Assembly: GCF_026571515.1 (NCBI RefSeq)
Contig: NW_026858371.1
Coordinates: 186,001-250,000 of the forward strand
Direction: 5' to 3'
Source of the DNA: Ruditapes philippinarum
Lineage: Eukaryota
Length of the DNA: 64,000 nucleotides
The notes beneath the pieces are model-generated. The model had not been told where the DNA came from. It did not search any database and worked only from the letters and a program-made list of their open reading frames with translations. The number at the start of each line of letters is the position of its first letter. The first letter of the stretch is position 1. Made by a program: the position numbers and the translations under genes. Positions 28,398-42,430 of the stretch are shown here, piece after piece.

Positions 28398-29764
28398 TGG
28401 GATAACGGTTTTATGATGTGTGCTTGATTTCGAAAAAGACAATTCCAGTAAACAGTATGTACCATTAATTAGTATGTATGCCCAGCTTATTTGAGCATTT
28501 GTATTTTAGTTTTTAAGAAATATATTTGTTTCCAGATTATCCTTTTTAGTTTTAAAGAAAATATCTAACTAAGAAAATACAGGTTCTCCTGCTGATGTAA
28601 GCATAATGCAAAAATTCTGTAAATAGTCTCAGTGTTTAATGTAAAAGTAAGCTGTAGAAGACATCTGTATAGGATAAAAGTCATACGGAGAATTTATAAA
28701 ATGATAAGAAGTATCCTTAAAAAAAGATAGTCGGCCGAAATAAAACTGGTTAACTTGCAAATGATAATTCTTAGTTTTCCATGCAAAGTCATAAAGAAAT
28801 GTTAGTATAGCTGGCATAACAATGTCATACTAATTTCTTGTAGGATTATTAATCTTGAAAGATTGGATATTTTAAAATGTACGTGTTTCTAAACAAACCT
28901 GTCGTGTTTCGGTAAGTGAACTCAATTTCTATTACCAACATCTACGAAGAAGTATATTTAATATCGATTTTTTAGAACGTTTCAAAATTTACATTTTTCT
29001 CGACCTATAAATGTTTGGGCTTTTAAACACTCAAACCATTTACTATGGCAATTTGTTTCAGGCTTGACTATTTTTGAACTAGAATGACTGGACTGTTATT
29101 ATAGATACCATCAAAAGATATTCCGATGTGTGTCAAATTAAACACGCTAATAATTTGGACAAAAAAAATAAGATATCAAATTTTGTTTGATCATTCATTA
29201 AGACGAAACTAGCATGTTTTATTAAACCAATGTTTTATGTTCGTTTTGATCAATCGATCCCAATATACAAACATACTTCTCTATAACACTCAACATCGTT
29301 TTAATCGAACTGAAACTTTAACAAACAAATTTTTTAAACAGAAACACCGTTTCAAGCAGGAAATACGTACACGGAATCAGACATTGATATACAATTTAAG
29401 TATCCAGTTTCCATTGATTGCCAAGAAATACAAATATTTTGGATCTCATTCAAAACATTTAATGTATAAATAGAAATACAATACCTCTGAGAACAGTTAA
29501 GATGTTTCAATACATGATAAATAAGTTATTCGGAATACAATCAAAATAAGTAACGAAACGTTCAATTCAATGTGTTTATCAATATTTTACATTTAAACGT
29601 GAAATATAAAAGTCAAAAGTGAAGTATCTTATAATACATATTTTAACAAACGATTTCAGAAATAGATAAATAAATAAATAAAATAAAAATGAAATATGTG
29701 TGCTGTAGATGTTCGCACCACGCTCAATCGGTCATTTGGGGTGCAATATAATATATATTCTACT

Positions 29765-29912
29765 GTTTGTTTTTGTTTTGGGTTTTACGTCACATTGACA
29801 CAGTATAGATCATATCGCGACGTTCCAGCTTTACTGGTGGAGGAAGACCTCAGGTGCCCTTCCGTGCATTATTTCAGGCACGAACGGGCACCTGAGTAGA
29901 ACCACCGACGTT
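29765..29912 (-). mobile_element. 5'-truncated Meta-type SINE in the intron
   Basis: Reverse complement: CGTCGGTGGTTCTACTCAGGTGCCCGTTCGTGCCTGAAATAATGCACGGAAGGGCACCTGAGGTCTTCCTCCACCAGTAAAGCTGGAACGTCGCGATATGATCTATACTGTGTCAATGTGACGTAAAACCC-(A/C tail). Possible tactgt target duplication. Confidence 0.85.
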
Positions 29913-30965
29913 TACTGTATGGTAGCATGACCAACATGATATGAATGTCGGGCTGTCATTTATAAACGTCACAACATAGCCAGCCACTAAACAAATTATA
30001 CTAGACTACATTAAAAAGTTGTGTTTCCACCGTTAGTATAGAACGACCTCTGATTATAAAGATTCTGTCAGATACAAGTAATCATTTAGACACATATTTT
30101 ACCACACACTCTAAACAAAACAGGTAACCAATATTATACCACAAGAAATAATTCAGACACTGTAAGTCTAGCTCTAATCTATAAATTTCATATGATATTT
30201 TTTCAGCCGTAAGCGCGATGTTTTCCCCTTGACTTCCGGTATATAAACGAGCTATATAAACTTTACTTTACACTTTATTTGCCGGGCAGTGAAATGCACG
30301 GGCGATTGCTCGGTATTTTGAAGACACGTCATTCCGTTGATATGTAATTGCTGACCATTGATAATAATATTTTCATTGATAGAACACTAAGAAATAACTC
30401 AACATATATAAAAGACTTAAAAACCTGGCACATTATTTTGCTTAGTATTTAGTTGTTTTGATTAATTTGACATATACCGTAATAGAATAATGAAATATCT
30501 GATTCTCATATGTTGATATACAAATTTGAATATAGTATTAAAGCAATATCTATCAGTTGGAAAAAATCCTTTACCTTAAGTTAATAAAGTTTACATAAAA
30601 TATTACATAGATTTTTAACACATCCTTTATATAAAACATTCTGTTTTTTCTGTTATTTGTTCATTTGATATATTGTATAGATCTTTATTTATATACTTTG
30701 AAGAATATTTGTCTGTTCTGTCCATAAGCATTAAACAATAAATGTAAATGCAAGATTGTAATTGAAATAGTTAAGTTTACGATATACATATCAATGTTAT
30801 TCCAGACCATATGCTTACACACGCTAAACATTGAAAAAAAGAGATTCCTTAAATTAAAGAATAATTTCTGATTTGAATAGAAATTTGAATTGATGACTAA
30901 ATGAAGACAAATATTCCGGGCAAACAACTGGTTCTTATTCCTACCAAATAAAACGGCAAACCTAC

Positions 30966-31245
30966 CCATTTCATCAATGTCCTTCGCCATATAAAGCGAA
31001 ACTGTAACCAAAGTAACACTGATTAAAAATAATATTCCGGAAATAAGGGCCACCGCACGTGCTATTCGTTTTCTTTCTTTTTCCTTGTTATCCAATAAGT
31101 CTACTTCATTTTCTGTTAAACAAGATATTGGTGCAAGGAAAAATTCATCCGCAGTTTCGATTTCAGAAGACAGTATTTCAATTTTATCAAATTCATCTTC
31201 ACTGTTGACGTCATCGTAACTATTATTGTAGGTGATCACTAACAT
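30966..31245 (-). CDS. Exon 1 (copy A, intact) of the uncharacterised single-pass membrane protein
   Basis: 93 codons + 1 nt: acidic N-terminus, basic KEKERKR, hydrophobic AVALISGILFLISVTLVTVSLYM, then donor ATG G|GTAGGT. Paralogous copies stay similar up to this donor. Confidence 0.8.
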
Positions 31246-31694
31246 ATCCCAGGATTCACAATTTATGTCACGCCTGACATATTATAAAATTAGTTTCCAA
31301 TTGATTAAAATACCTTTTATTTAGATATCATACCAAAATTGATTGCAAAATAATCCAATATTCGAACCAACATTTCCATTTTCGGCCTTATTAGAAATAA
31401 ACTCTTATCCATTTATCATAAAATTGACAAAACCAATCTGCAAAAGACAATTTCTGCACTCCGTGACAATAAATGAAATTATGCAACATTTAGTAATAAC
31501 CTTAAACAATTTAAAAAATAAATTTATATTTTTTTGATAATTTCCATCATTCTTTGTATTCACAGAAACTCCGATATATAAACTCCTATGCTACTAATGT
31601 TATTAACTGCAGTGTTTGTAAATTTGTTCTATCTTTAGATTCTCCAGGAATAGCAAGGCGTATTTTCATGATCTTATGTGAGCGCTTTCCTATT

Positions 31695-31792
31695 CCCAAT
31701 AGACCCCGGGACAATTCAAAACTATCAGAAGAGAAAAGCAGCTAATAAATAATTCAAAGCGCAGTCAAATAATCTCTCTATGATAGCAGGGA
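31695..31792. promoter_or_regulatory. Conserved non-coding block upstream of exon 1 (putative cis-element)
   Basis: aattcaaagcgcagtcaaat.atctc.ct.tgatagcagg recurs at ~41820, 43375, 45720, 53660, 56060 and 63610. Confidence 0.35.
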
Positions 31793-32862
31793 CGAGGTTT
31801 ATAGAATATCCGATTTTTAACAACTCTGTGTAATTCTGTTATAACGCATTTCATGTTTTTAATGCTTTTATTTTTTTTTGTTTACACTTGGCAATGATAG
31901 TTTTTTGATGGAGGATCCAAAGGAAATATTTTGTTTTATCTGTACTTAAATGATATAAACGCACAGCCTATGTCACAGTCGATTACAATAGGAATTTATA
32001 ATTATTTTCATATACTTAATCATTGACAAATAACTATAAAGACGGAAAAGTACGATGTTTCACAAGCGGCAAATATGTTAATTTTTAATAAGGTCATTAA
32101 TGGGTCAATCTATTTAAAAGGGTGTGTCTTAGTTATGTACAAGTTATTGAACATAGTATCAATGTTGCATGTTTAATTTAGAGACAAATAAAGTGGATAC
32201 TATATACATATCATATATGAATACTCGTTGTATATCTTTGAATAAAATTATTAAATGTACTGTATTCAAACTCTGTATTATTGACCCATCTCTATTATCG
32301 ACGTATTTAAAATCGTTTGTAGTGTTTGATTTTATTAACCTGTCAATTGCATCAATTGCATACTGATTACACGGTCAATGCACACAATATATCAATCTTC
32401 GATAAATGGTCGGTAACATTCGTGAGATGTACGCAGTACGATTTGATTAAATTTACCTTGTTTCTATGAAAAAGTGATACTGACCGTTCTAGCGCAATAG
32501 GATAAAATACCGGTTTTTAACTTTTAAATGTTCCAGGTGTTGTAAGATCTAGACTGGGTATGTCTATCTTTTTTCTTATTCATATTTTCAGCATTATCGG
32601 AGGTATGATTTTTCAAGCTGTTCTTTTTGTTCTTTGATATATTCTGCACTTATTTAGGCAAAGACCATACAATTTCTAAATATTATGGTTTAAGAATTAA
32701 ACTTAAAATCAATAAATGTCATTTCAATGCCATCAATTTCAATTCAAAACAGACAAATCATTTGTAAGTTGTTCCATATTCGTATAGACAAGCCCTATTC
32801 ATTAAAACATACTTCAAAAATAAAGAAATGATAGGTATAAAACAATGGTAATAGTAATTAAT

Positions 32863-32960
32863 CTCTAAAGAAGCCCAACACGACAAATGTCGCAGGCTCG
32901 GTTTGATTGAACCTTTTCATGGACAGTAATGGAAAAGTGCAAGTTACCGTCCACGCCCCC
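32863..32960. mobile_element. Dispersed hairpin-containing repeat, copy 2 of 4
   Basis: ctaaagaagcccaacacg..gcaggctcggtttgattga..catggacagta..taccgtccacgccccc. Confidence 0.8.
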
Positions 32961-33904
32961 AAACATTAGTCATACACTCCAAATTAATTCTCGTAATTTA
33001 TACGGACAGAACCGAAGTGGTATCTAATATTCAAATGGGTGCTATAATGTTTTCATAATTGACAGGTCAATAAAATGAGACTGTAATGTGCGATCATGTG
33101 TACGTTGATCATAACTATCTTTTTCCATGGTCACCAAGAATGCAATTAGTTTGCTTTACACTTAACATAAACAGATTAAGTTCGCCATTGATACTCAATA
33201 CGGGCAGAGTGAAAATGTAAAGTACGTCGATAATACGGCGCTTCCTGCTATAACACATGTTTGTATGATTCAGTGGTACATATAAGTACATATTAGTTAT
33301 AATACATATTTTAAATTTTCAAAACGACAATCACTGACATGGGTTACATTTCCTTATCCGTTGCGTTGCGTTTTCACCTATTCAAATGTATAGTAATTTT
33401 TGGTTTAATACATTAACAGACGTCTATTTTGTTGTCTGAAATCTAAAATATATCGACTAAACAATTAGTATAATGTGAAAGTCCTGTACTTAAACTTTAT
33501 TAAATACGATCGATGTATTGAATTGTTGAAGCATTTAGATATAAAACCCATTGCTATGTTTACTGAAATAGAAATTATATTTACGGTATTTCAGTCAAAT
33601 ATTTGCAAATGACAGATAATGTGAACTAAATTCATTAAAACAGCTTGGTTATTTGACATTGATTTATATTTCTTATGATTTCAATTAAAATAATCAAACA
33701 TAGTCTCGGCCGTGCTTTAATATTAACAAGGGAGAGCTACCAGTTTGGCAATATTCAGTCATACGTGACCTTCGGAAAGACGCATAGGAAATGGATAATG
33801 GAAACATGCATTCTATCATTTCTTTTAAAAGTAAACTCCTTATCTCGCTTAATATCTTAAATGATTTGTCCGGATTTTAATCTGTTAAAGTCCATTCATG
33901 GCAT

Positions 33905-33975
33905 TTTTGTTTTGATTTTGTTTGGTTAGATTTTATGGCGCAACAACACAGTTCAGGTGATATGGCGCCGAAACA
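33905..33975 (-). mobile_element. SINE/LINE 3'-tail fragment
   Basis: Reverse complement ggcgccatatcacctgaactgtgttgttgcgccataaaatctaaccaaacaaaa resembles the tails at 29765 and 62841. Confidence 0.6.
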
Positions 33976-34858
33976 GGCATGATCATTTTGACTAACCTCG
34001 GGATATAAACTTAAAAAATACTATTGATCAAAACCAATCATTTGCCACAAGAGAGGGACGTTTTTAGCATTTGCTGACTGAATAGCAAACAGTTCAAGCC
34101 ACATTTACGCCGTTTGATCTTTGTCTGTAAATGTATTGGTAAATTAGGCGAAAGGGTAAAGATAAAATAATTTTACACATTACTCCGTCGTATTTAAAAT
34201 TAAACGAAAATATCAACAATGAAACTGATGAAAATGCCGTTATGAGCTGTTTAAAAGCAAAATAACAATTTAGATATTGATTTACACTTTAGATATTTAG
34301 TATTTATCGGATGCCAAGGAAAGCATACATATTTTGGATCACATTCAAAACATGAAATGTACAAAGATTTAATACTTCTGGGAATTGTTAAAATAGTTAT
34401 ATGCATGGCAAATAAAAATGATCGATTGTAAAACCGGTTTATATAAGTATATATGTACTTTAAAGTCTTGTTTGATTTCTTACACTCTTTAAGATAATAT
34501 AATTTATATATAAAGTCATCTCTTAAGTTATTACCACTATCAATAATCACTAAAACAAAATATTTTTACAGAAGAAGTATAAAGTATATAAACATAAATA
34601 GGGTCACGATGTCTCAATTACAATTTATCGGACATTTATTATGACATTTACCCTTAACAGAATTGGCTTTGTATAAATTAAACAGCGGATAAAAAAGTGT
34701 GATCCCTCGGAAGCCTCAGACAATAGAAGGTCAGGTTATAGCTTTATGCACAACATAACAAGCTATATATTGTTTTACTTATCTTTAACGCTGCCTAGAT
34801 TTTTTATTTATATTTTATTCACATTTTGCAGAAAAGTCAGCTGAATAACTCATACTTA

Positions 34859-34912
34859 TGTTATTATTATTATTATTATTATTTATATTATTATTATTAT
34901 TATTATAATTAT
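34859..34912. repeat. (TTA)n microsatellite
   Basis: Interrupted ttattatta run. Confidence 0.85.
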
Positions 34913-35574
34913 TTCAAAAGAGAAATGAAAAGGATTTTATTGCGTTTTGAGCATCATACTCTGGAATAACACTGTTTCTTCTGACAGATACGCGTACACA
35001 ATAAATGTGTTGATTTGCATTTAATTTTAATTATTATACTGAAGGTGAGGGAAAGCTTTTTTTAGAAATGGATCCTGAAATAATACCAAAGTCAAACGTG
35101 TATATTTATATTTATCAATGTTACGTACAGGTCAGATATTTTTTATTTAATTGCAATTTTGTTAGAATTGTATCAATTCATTTTTTATTAAAAAGCATCG
35201 GGTTAAAGTATTGTACGCGAAAAGTTTATTATTATACACACATATGATAATGAAAATGAAAGCATTAATGTCCGGTTTTAGCAATTATCTGAATGGCTGG
35301 AGCCCACTTAAGCATACTCTAGAATGATTGAAACAATTGTTGTCTATTTTGTAAAACTGAAATAAATGAAATATGCCATTTTTTGTCTTTTTAATCACAT
35401 AATTAAAGTAAAAATAAACAAATGTATGAACAAATTATCGAACTACAAAATTTGCAAAGGATTTATCTCATTGCAACAGGTCAGTCCCTGCAATGCTATA
35501 TGTTTCATCAAACCGAGCATAAAATGTATCTTCAAATATTTTAAAACTTAACTGATGAACTTAAGAATAAGTAA

Positions 35575-35955
35575 TAGAAAGAGCATCGAAACACGAGGCT
35601 ATTTGATTTGTACGAGGGGGCGTAGCCCCCGAGTATTAATCAGATTGCCGAGTGTTTTGTTGTATCATGTAACATAAAAACACGTTCCCTGTTGTCACAA
35701 TATGAAACCCCAGAAAAAAGTAGTCAATGAACGAGCATCTAAATATGATATTTCTGTCACTTTCCCTTTCTCTGCCGTCACAATAAGTAAACCCCAGCAA
35801 AAATGAGCCAATCAGAGGGCATGTTCTGGAGTGCGGGTAACTAATACCTGTACTCCAGTTAACGCACTGTGCATGTATATGTATACGATTTAACTCCGAC
35901 ACATTTTCAACAGACAACAGAATGGTTCCCAAACTATAATACAAATCATACAAAC
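35575..35955. mobile_element. Palindromic non-autonomous repeat
   Basis: Hairpin centred on gggggcgtagccccc and internal hairpin ggagtgcgggta..tacctgtactcc. Partial second copy at 57725-57930. Confidence 0.6.
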
Positions 35956-37559
35956 TATGATATAATTTAGCGGATGATTACAAATTTAGATATGTTAAAT
36001 AATTTAAAGCTTCTCAGTTTTCAGACGAATCTAATCTAGTTATTCCATTAGACATTCTGTCTCGAGTTTTCATATTGTACTTTAATTGAAGTAAAAGCAA
36101 TTTGGCTAATATATTAAATATTTCAAGTAACATCCAAAATAAACGCATGTATGTATACCTGATTTATTAGGATATATTTTGTAATACTTTATTGTATTTC
36201 CGTTGTTATGCAAAACAGTAAAAATTGAAAATCACTGAGTTTGAGTGCTTTAACTATGAATGGACCTTATGTTTATACAATAAATACATTTTGTATATAA
36301 AATAAGCTTTAACCATACTCGACTTTAATGATTTTAAATTCACTTAGTGGGATAATTATATATTATTAGAATTTTATACTACAACCGGTACAGACCAATG
36401 TCTCGGTCGCGGGTAATTGTGAACAGTGATAACCAGGTTTTATCGTGTTTCTCCGCAAAAAGTTCCAACTGTAACGACAACCAGCGTTTAATTCTATTTC
36501 TTGCACAATGACCACATATATATAATATTTCAGAAAAATATTTCGAAAAAAAATATTTATGTTATGAAAACTTCACACAAAAAGCGCCAAAATGACGTTA
36601 TTTCTTAGCACGCGACTCCCCTCCTTCCCATCAATATGCCAGATGACATTTCCAGTATGTGTAAAAATTAAAGGAAACATCAGTCTTATATATGCAAGAA
36701 TACATTTTTCCGTCATGTATTATGTGCTTCAAATATTGCAGATATTCTTTTTTATTATAACCATCAAGTTTAGAAGAAGGTTAATAAATATCGAATAATG
36801 TTTATGCAGTAATCTTATTTTAAATATAAAATCACTTTTTTCAAATGGCAACGCATTGATCGTTCTGAAAAAAGTTATATGATGTAGTAGTTTTATGCTA
36901 ATAAAAAGCTTTATCTAATAGATTTGCACGTTTGTGAAAATATTTCACATGAAACACAATTAGGCCCTGATCCAAAGATTAATTTAATGAGCTGCAAAAC
37001 GTTTACAGTACCCCATAAATCAATTATTTCATAACATTCTAATTAAGACAAACGTGCAATTTTCCGAAGAAAATGGAGGAACTGATGATTTATACATCTA
37101 TAACGCCAGACACGATTGTAAAGATTTCAGAGAACTAATTATTCCTTAAGGGAAATTCAGAATAGAAGCTAATATGCTTTATGATTTTCAGAAGGTTGCA
37201 TTGATTCTTATATTATATATAATCTAGGCGATTACGTTGCATATACTCTTTCAAATGGCTAATACTAAATTTAATTTATAACTGTCGTGCATAATTATAT
37301 GTTATTCGGAATTTGAATTCGTTATTTAGTTAGTTCAAAGAAAGCTTATATTGCTTTAGCAGGTGCTAAAGCGAGAGGATGAGACTTGCTGCGCTTATCA
37401 TTAGTTTTCATAAACATACTTTTAATTTTGTTATAAAGATTAACTGGGGTCCTCATCAACTATAACATGTGTATTCAGAAAAACATAAACTAAAATTTGA
37501 ATGAAAATACATTAATAAGACCCTTTTCTTCTTTATGATTTACAATGGCATTTCAAATA

Positions 37560-37772
37560 TTGAAACAATTATATTTCAAAAATGAAGGCCAGCGAACGTG
37601 CTATGCGTATTTGTACTACTTCTCAACAAAAATGTTTTCCTTATTCTGTATTAAAACAAGAAAGTGGTGCAAGGAAAAGGTCATCTTCATTTCCTATTTT
37701 AGAAGACAAAATCTCAGTTAAGTCTTCAATGTTGACGTCATTATAATAATTATTATAGGTGATCACTAACAT
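37560..37772 (-). pseudogene. Exon-1 paralogue B
   Basis: MLVITYNNYYNDVNIEDLTEILSSKIGNEDDLFLAPLSCFNTE* (stop 37643-37641). Most of the TM segment and the donor are deleted. Confidence 0.85.
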
Positions 37773-40700
37773 ATCCAGGATTCCCAATTCATGTCACGGC
37801 TGACATATTACGGGGATAATGAAATAATTTCCAATCGGTCGAAAGACGTTCTTTGATATATCGATAGGGATTGCTTAGTAATCCAACGTCACAACTATTT
37901 CTTTCATTTCTCATTTCCGGTCTGGTCTGAAAAACCAGTAATCCATGTTACCAATATCATTGTAAACAACATTATAATTTCCCACAAACAATATTCTGTG
38001 TAAAACGAACAATGCTTACATCAAGATAAACTTTCACAATTCATATCAAACGGCTTAATCTTAAATTAATAAAACAGTGCTTTTAAGGGTTTCTAATGTC
38101 TTACAGAGACAGGAAATAATAGAATAAATATGGATTTACGTGCAGTTTTATTTAGTGAATCGCTTGTAAATGTGTTGTGTCTTCAGATTAACACAGTCAT
38201 GTCATTATATACATGTTTTTTATTTATTGTAAAATTGTAAACATGTAGTTTTTTTTACGCGTGACAGTTGATCTATTGTGCTCTCCGTGTATAATGACCA
38301 CCATACTACTTTGTCTTATTACCAAATGATTACACATTCCTGTCATTTAATACATGTTTGTTCTTATGCATATGTTTAAAAAGTCTTCGTTTTTTCCTAT
38401 TAAGACCTATCCATACATACATATTTTGACATGATCAGTAACTTGAAAGATACGTATTTGTATGCGTCGGGGGCATACTGTGTGATTTACACGTGTTGCT
38501 GGTATCATTTTATTTATAATTCTAGTATGACACAGACTGGTCTAGTACCGTTCTTTGCATCCATTAATCATGATACATCAGTAACAATAAGTCACTCTTT
38601 TAGTTTTCGACAAGGCTACACATAAACAGATTTAACCACAAGATGAATCTGGAAATTAACATGATAATGTTTTGGTATTAAAGAAATAACATTGGTTTCA
38701 GCGGTTTTCATTGGCCGTTAAAAAGGCCGTTTAATAAATTAAATGATTAAATACAGAAGTTTGTTTTTAAAAAAACGAATGATTTTGTTTGTAGTGGTTG
38801 TTGTATTTAATTGAAAAGAAATCAGATAGAATGAAATGTTGAAAATATAAATAATATAAAATAAAGTATTTTACATACAACTCGTTTTATTTTACTTCAG
38901 TAAAGTCAATAAGCAAAATGTTAAGTCTATAATCGTAAGTGTTTTTTAGTGTTAGTTAATTACAAGTATCTTAATTGTAGATAGAATTGACCGTTTATAT
39001 AAAAAACAACAACAAAAAACAACATCAAATTTCTCTTTCGTATATTACATGTTTTAAATTTTCAACATATCAATCATGCGGGAAAAACAGTTATTTTGCA
39101 ATATAAAATAGCGATGTCTTCCGGCATAGTTACTTGAATGCTATATAATATGAAATATTAATTAATGCAGTTCAAACGTATAATGTAAAATATATATTCT
39201 TTTCAGATTTAAACAGATACAAAATTTTACAGCAGCACTTTGCACATGAAAAAACTGTCGACAATATTACTTTGAAAACTTATAAAATGCTCATTAATGC
39301 AATTTGGTTCCGATTTAAAGATTAGATCAATGAGCTGCAAAACTTTATGTTTGTCTATCTCATAAATCAAAAATATTATAATACTATCTTATTTAACCCA
39401 AACGTTCAATTTTAGAAGTAATTGAATATAAGAATGATTATGCATTCAATTATCAAGCCAGCCACTTTTGTAGAAGCTCGCGAGAAGAAATAATCGTTAC
39501 AGAAGCATTTGACATGACAAAAAATCGGTTTAATGGTCTACAGAGTGATTTAAACTGTTAATGTTTAACATCTACAGGATTTCTCGTTAAAGACTGCATT
39601 GGTGTATGATTCTTACATATTATTTATAATGATAATTATAATGGCCATTTTTAGCGCTTATTGCGATTCTAAATCACATAAAATGTACATAAGATATTAA
39701 AATTGTCTACCTTCTAAACAGTATTCATACATGTATCTAAATCGTTTCTCTTAAAAGATCATTTTTGTCGTATGCTACATGAAACACATAACCCACTCAC
39801 ATGCTCAGATAGGAAATATATGTTTTCGTTCAAAACTAATATTTACAAATCTAATACAAGGAAACAGAAGGGCCATTTGCCAGACCAGAATCTTCCCTAA
39901 CGCTTTTGTTTTTCGTGCTGAAAATACTTTCTACTGGAAAGAAATAGGTTTTTTACCTTACATAAACTATTGTCATAGCAAAAGAAAGTCCTGTTTCATT
40001 ATTTTCAACTTATAATACGTTAGAACTCTTTTCTAATTTAACAAATTTCGGACAACATCGAATCATTTTAATGCAGTAATCTCGTATTAAATAAAAGAAA
40101 TTTCCCCAGAATAACAACACATTATTGTTTCTAAAAAGGTTATATGCTGTAGCAGTATTATGCCGATTATAGCTTTATCCAATACAATAAAACAGTTTTG
40201 CACGTTTGATGAAACACAATTAGGCATCCATCCAAGATTAATTTAAAGATCTGCAAAACTTTTACAGTACCCCATATATCAATTATTTCATAACTATCTA
40301 TCTAAGACAAACGGGCAATTTCAGAAGAAAATTAGGGAAGTGATGACATATTCATTCATTACGCCAGACACGGTTGTAAGGATCTCAGAGAACCAATTAT
40401 TCCTTAAGGGAAATTCAGAATAGAAACTAATATGCATTATGATTTACAAAAGATTAAATTGATTCTTAGATTATAATCTAGGCGATTATGTTGCAAATAC
40501 CTTTCAAGTGGCTAATTCTAAGTTTAGTTTACAACCGTCGTGCATAAATATATGCTATTCCGAAATTGAATTCAAACACAGTTTAAGTTAGTTCGAGAAA
40601 AACTTATATCGTCCTAGCAGGTGCATACGGGAAAGGGAAGACATGCTACACTTATCATAAACAGATGATAAAAACGATTTTCGTTTCTTTGTATTTTGTT

Positions 40701-41050
40701 CTTCATTGTTTTCGATTATATTAAAGTCTCTATTCTTCACACTTTACAAATGTGTATGTATATTTATAGATACATTTGTCTCAAATGAATATAAGATTTC
40801 ATTTTAAAACCTTAGATGTGTCCTTTTTATGTTAAAAAAATGACTGGAAGCTTCATAAACTTAACCATTGTGTGTATTCAAAAAATCATGAATTCTAATT
40901 TGAATATGACCTTTTCCTTCACAACATTGTTATATATATAATTGGCTTATGACATTTCAAATGATTGAATTCCTGCATCGATGATTACATTTTTTGAAAA
41001 ATAACACTTGAAAGGGAACTGCTATTTTAATTACATATAAAAATCTTTGC

Positions 41051-41297
41051 CCATTTCATCAATATCTTTCGCATATAAAGTGAAACTATCACCATTGTAA
41101 CTCTGACTATGAATAAATAATATTTTAGAAATTAAGGTCACCGAATGTGCTTAGCGTCTTGGTATTCCGTTACTCCATTTCTTTCCATTTTCTGTATTTA
41201 AAACAAGACAGTGGTGCAAGGGAAAGGTCATTTTCTTTTTTAGAAGAAATTTCAATTTAATGTCATCACAATTATTATTATAGGTGGTCACTAACAT
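41051..41297 (-). pseudogene. Exon-1 paralogue C
   Basis: Starts MLVTTYNNNCDDI; frameshifts and stops follow; ends GAT GAA ATG G|GCAAAG (donor GT changed to GC). Confidence 0.85.
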
Positions 41298-42309
41298 ATC
41301 CCAGGATTCCCAATTTAAGTCACGTCTGACGTATTACGGGGATAATGTCAAATAATTTCCAATTGGTCAGAAGACGTAATTAGATATATCGATAGGGATT
41401 GCTAAATAATCTGAAGTTAAAACTAACTCTTTCATTTCCGGGTTTGTCTGAACTAACAATTGATCTATTCCCTCCAAGAGTGCGTTGTAAACAACATTAG
41501 AATTTCCCACAAACAAAATCTTGTTATTACATACATAAAATATAAAGTTTAAATTAACCTTTCACAGTTCAAATGAAAAGGCTTAAATGTGTATTTGGTG
41601 TTAGAGATTTTATTGGTTTCCGTTGCCTTACATACATGCACACACGGACAGAAAAAAATTGATTTGTGTAATGAATTGTTGGTTAATGTGTTGTGTCTTT
41701 ATAACTTCCAAGAGTAATGAGGGGTTCTTTCGTAATTACATGATGTTGTGTGTGTTCTTTAAGCCACTTATAAATTGCGGGAAACTTTGATGCCATCTAA
41801 CTAGGAAACCGGATTATAAATAATTCAAAACGCAGTCAAATTATCTCACTGTTATAACAAGGATTTTTTTTTCAGAACTGTGTTCCTATCACTGTTGATT
41901 TTGAGAACAAGTTTTCAAGCATTTCGTTTTTTTAACGCAATTGAGCATTATTAATTTGTAGGAGCTTGAATGCATGTATTTTCACTTTTGTTTTAATTCA
42001 ATGTTATAACGCTTTACCAATTAATACATCGTTACATGAAATATTCTTTGAAATACACTATAATGTTAACAAAGAGGTAATATTACGAAAATACAATAAT
42101 ATCCATGTATAATGATCACCAGGCGACTTTGTTTAATTTCCAAAAGATAAATGTCATTTCAATAAATGTTATTTCTGATGAATATGTTTAAAAAATTATC
42201 TTTTTGTTCTATTAGGGCCTATTCATACATATTTTGACATAAGTTTTTGAAAGTTATTCAAATGTTTTTGCCATTAGAAATATAATATAATATTACTTTA
42301 TACGTTTTT

Positions 42310-42430
42310 GTTTTGGCTTCAAACCATTTGCTCTTCACAGCTGTCGGTACCGTGTAGGACTTTTGATTCATTCATGTAGGAAGCCATTGGTGGTTATATC
42401 CCAGGTGCCTGTGCGTTCCGGGGGATGGTT
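42310..42430 (+). mobile_element. Old degenerate Meta-type SINE fragment carried within the tandem unit
   Basis: ttcatgtaggaagccat..ggtggtt.t..cccaggtgcc; paralogue at 54140-54260. Confidence 0.55.

Noticed and set aside
30270-30387. Alternative exon 2 at a ttcttag acceptor
   Set aside because: The phase-1 join gives VFYQ*; the longer open frame is phase 0 and incompatible with the exon-1 donor.
30685-30965. C-terminal half of the 186-aa ORF
   Set aside because: It lies beyond a donor where paralogue similarity falls away; read-through into the intron.
31246-31420. Conserved uORF or N-terminal extension upstream of exon 1
   Set aside because: An in-frame TAA lies 13 codons upstream of the ATG in A, C and F. 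The short upstream ORFs differ in frame and length among copies.
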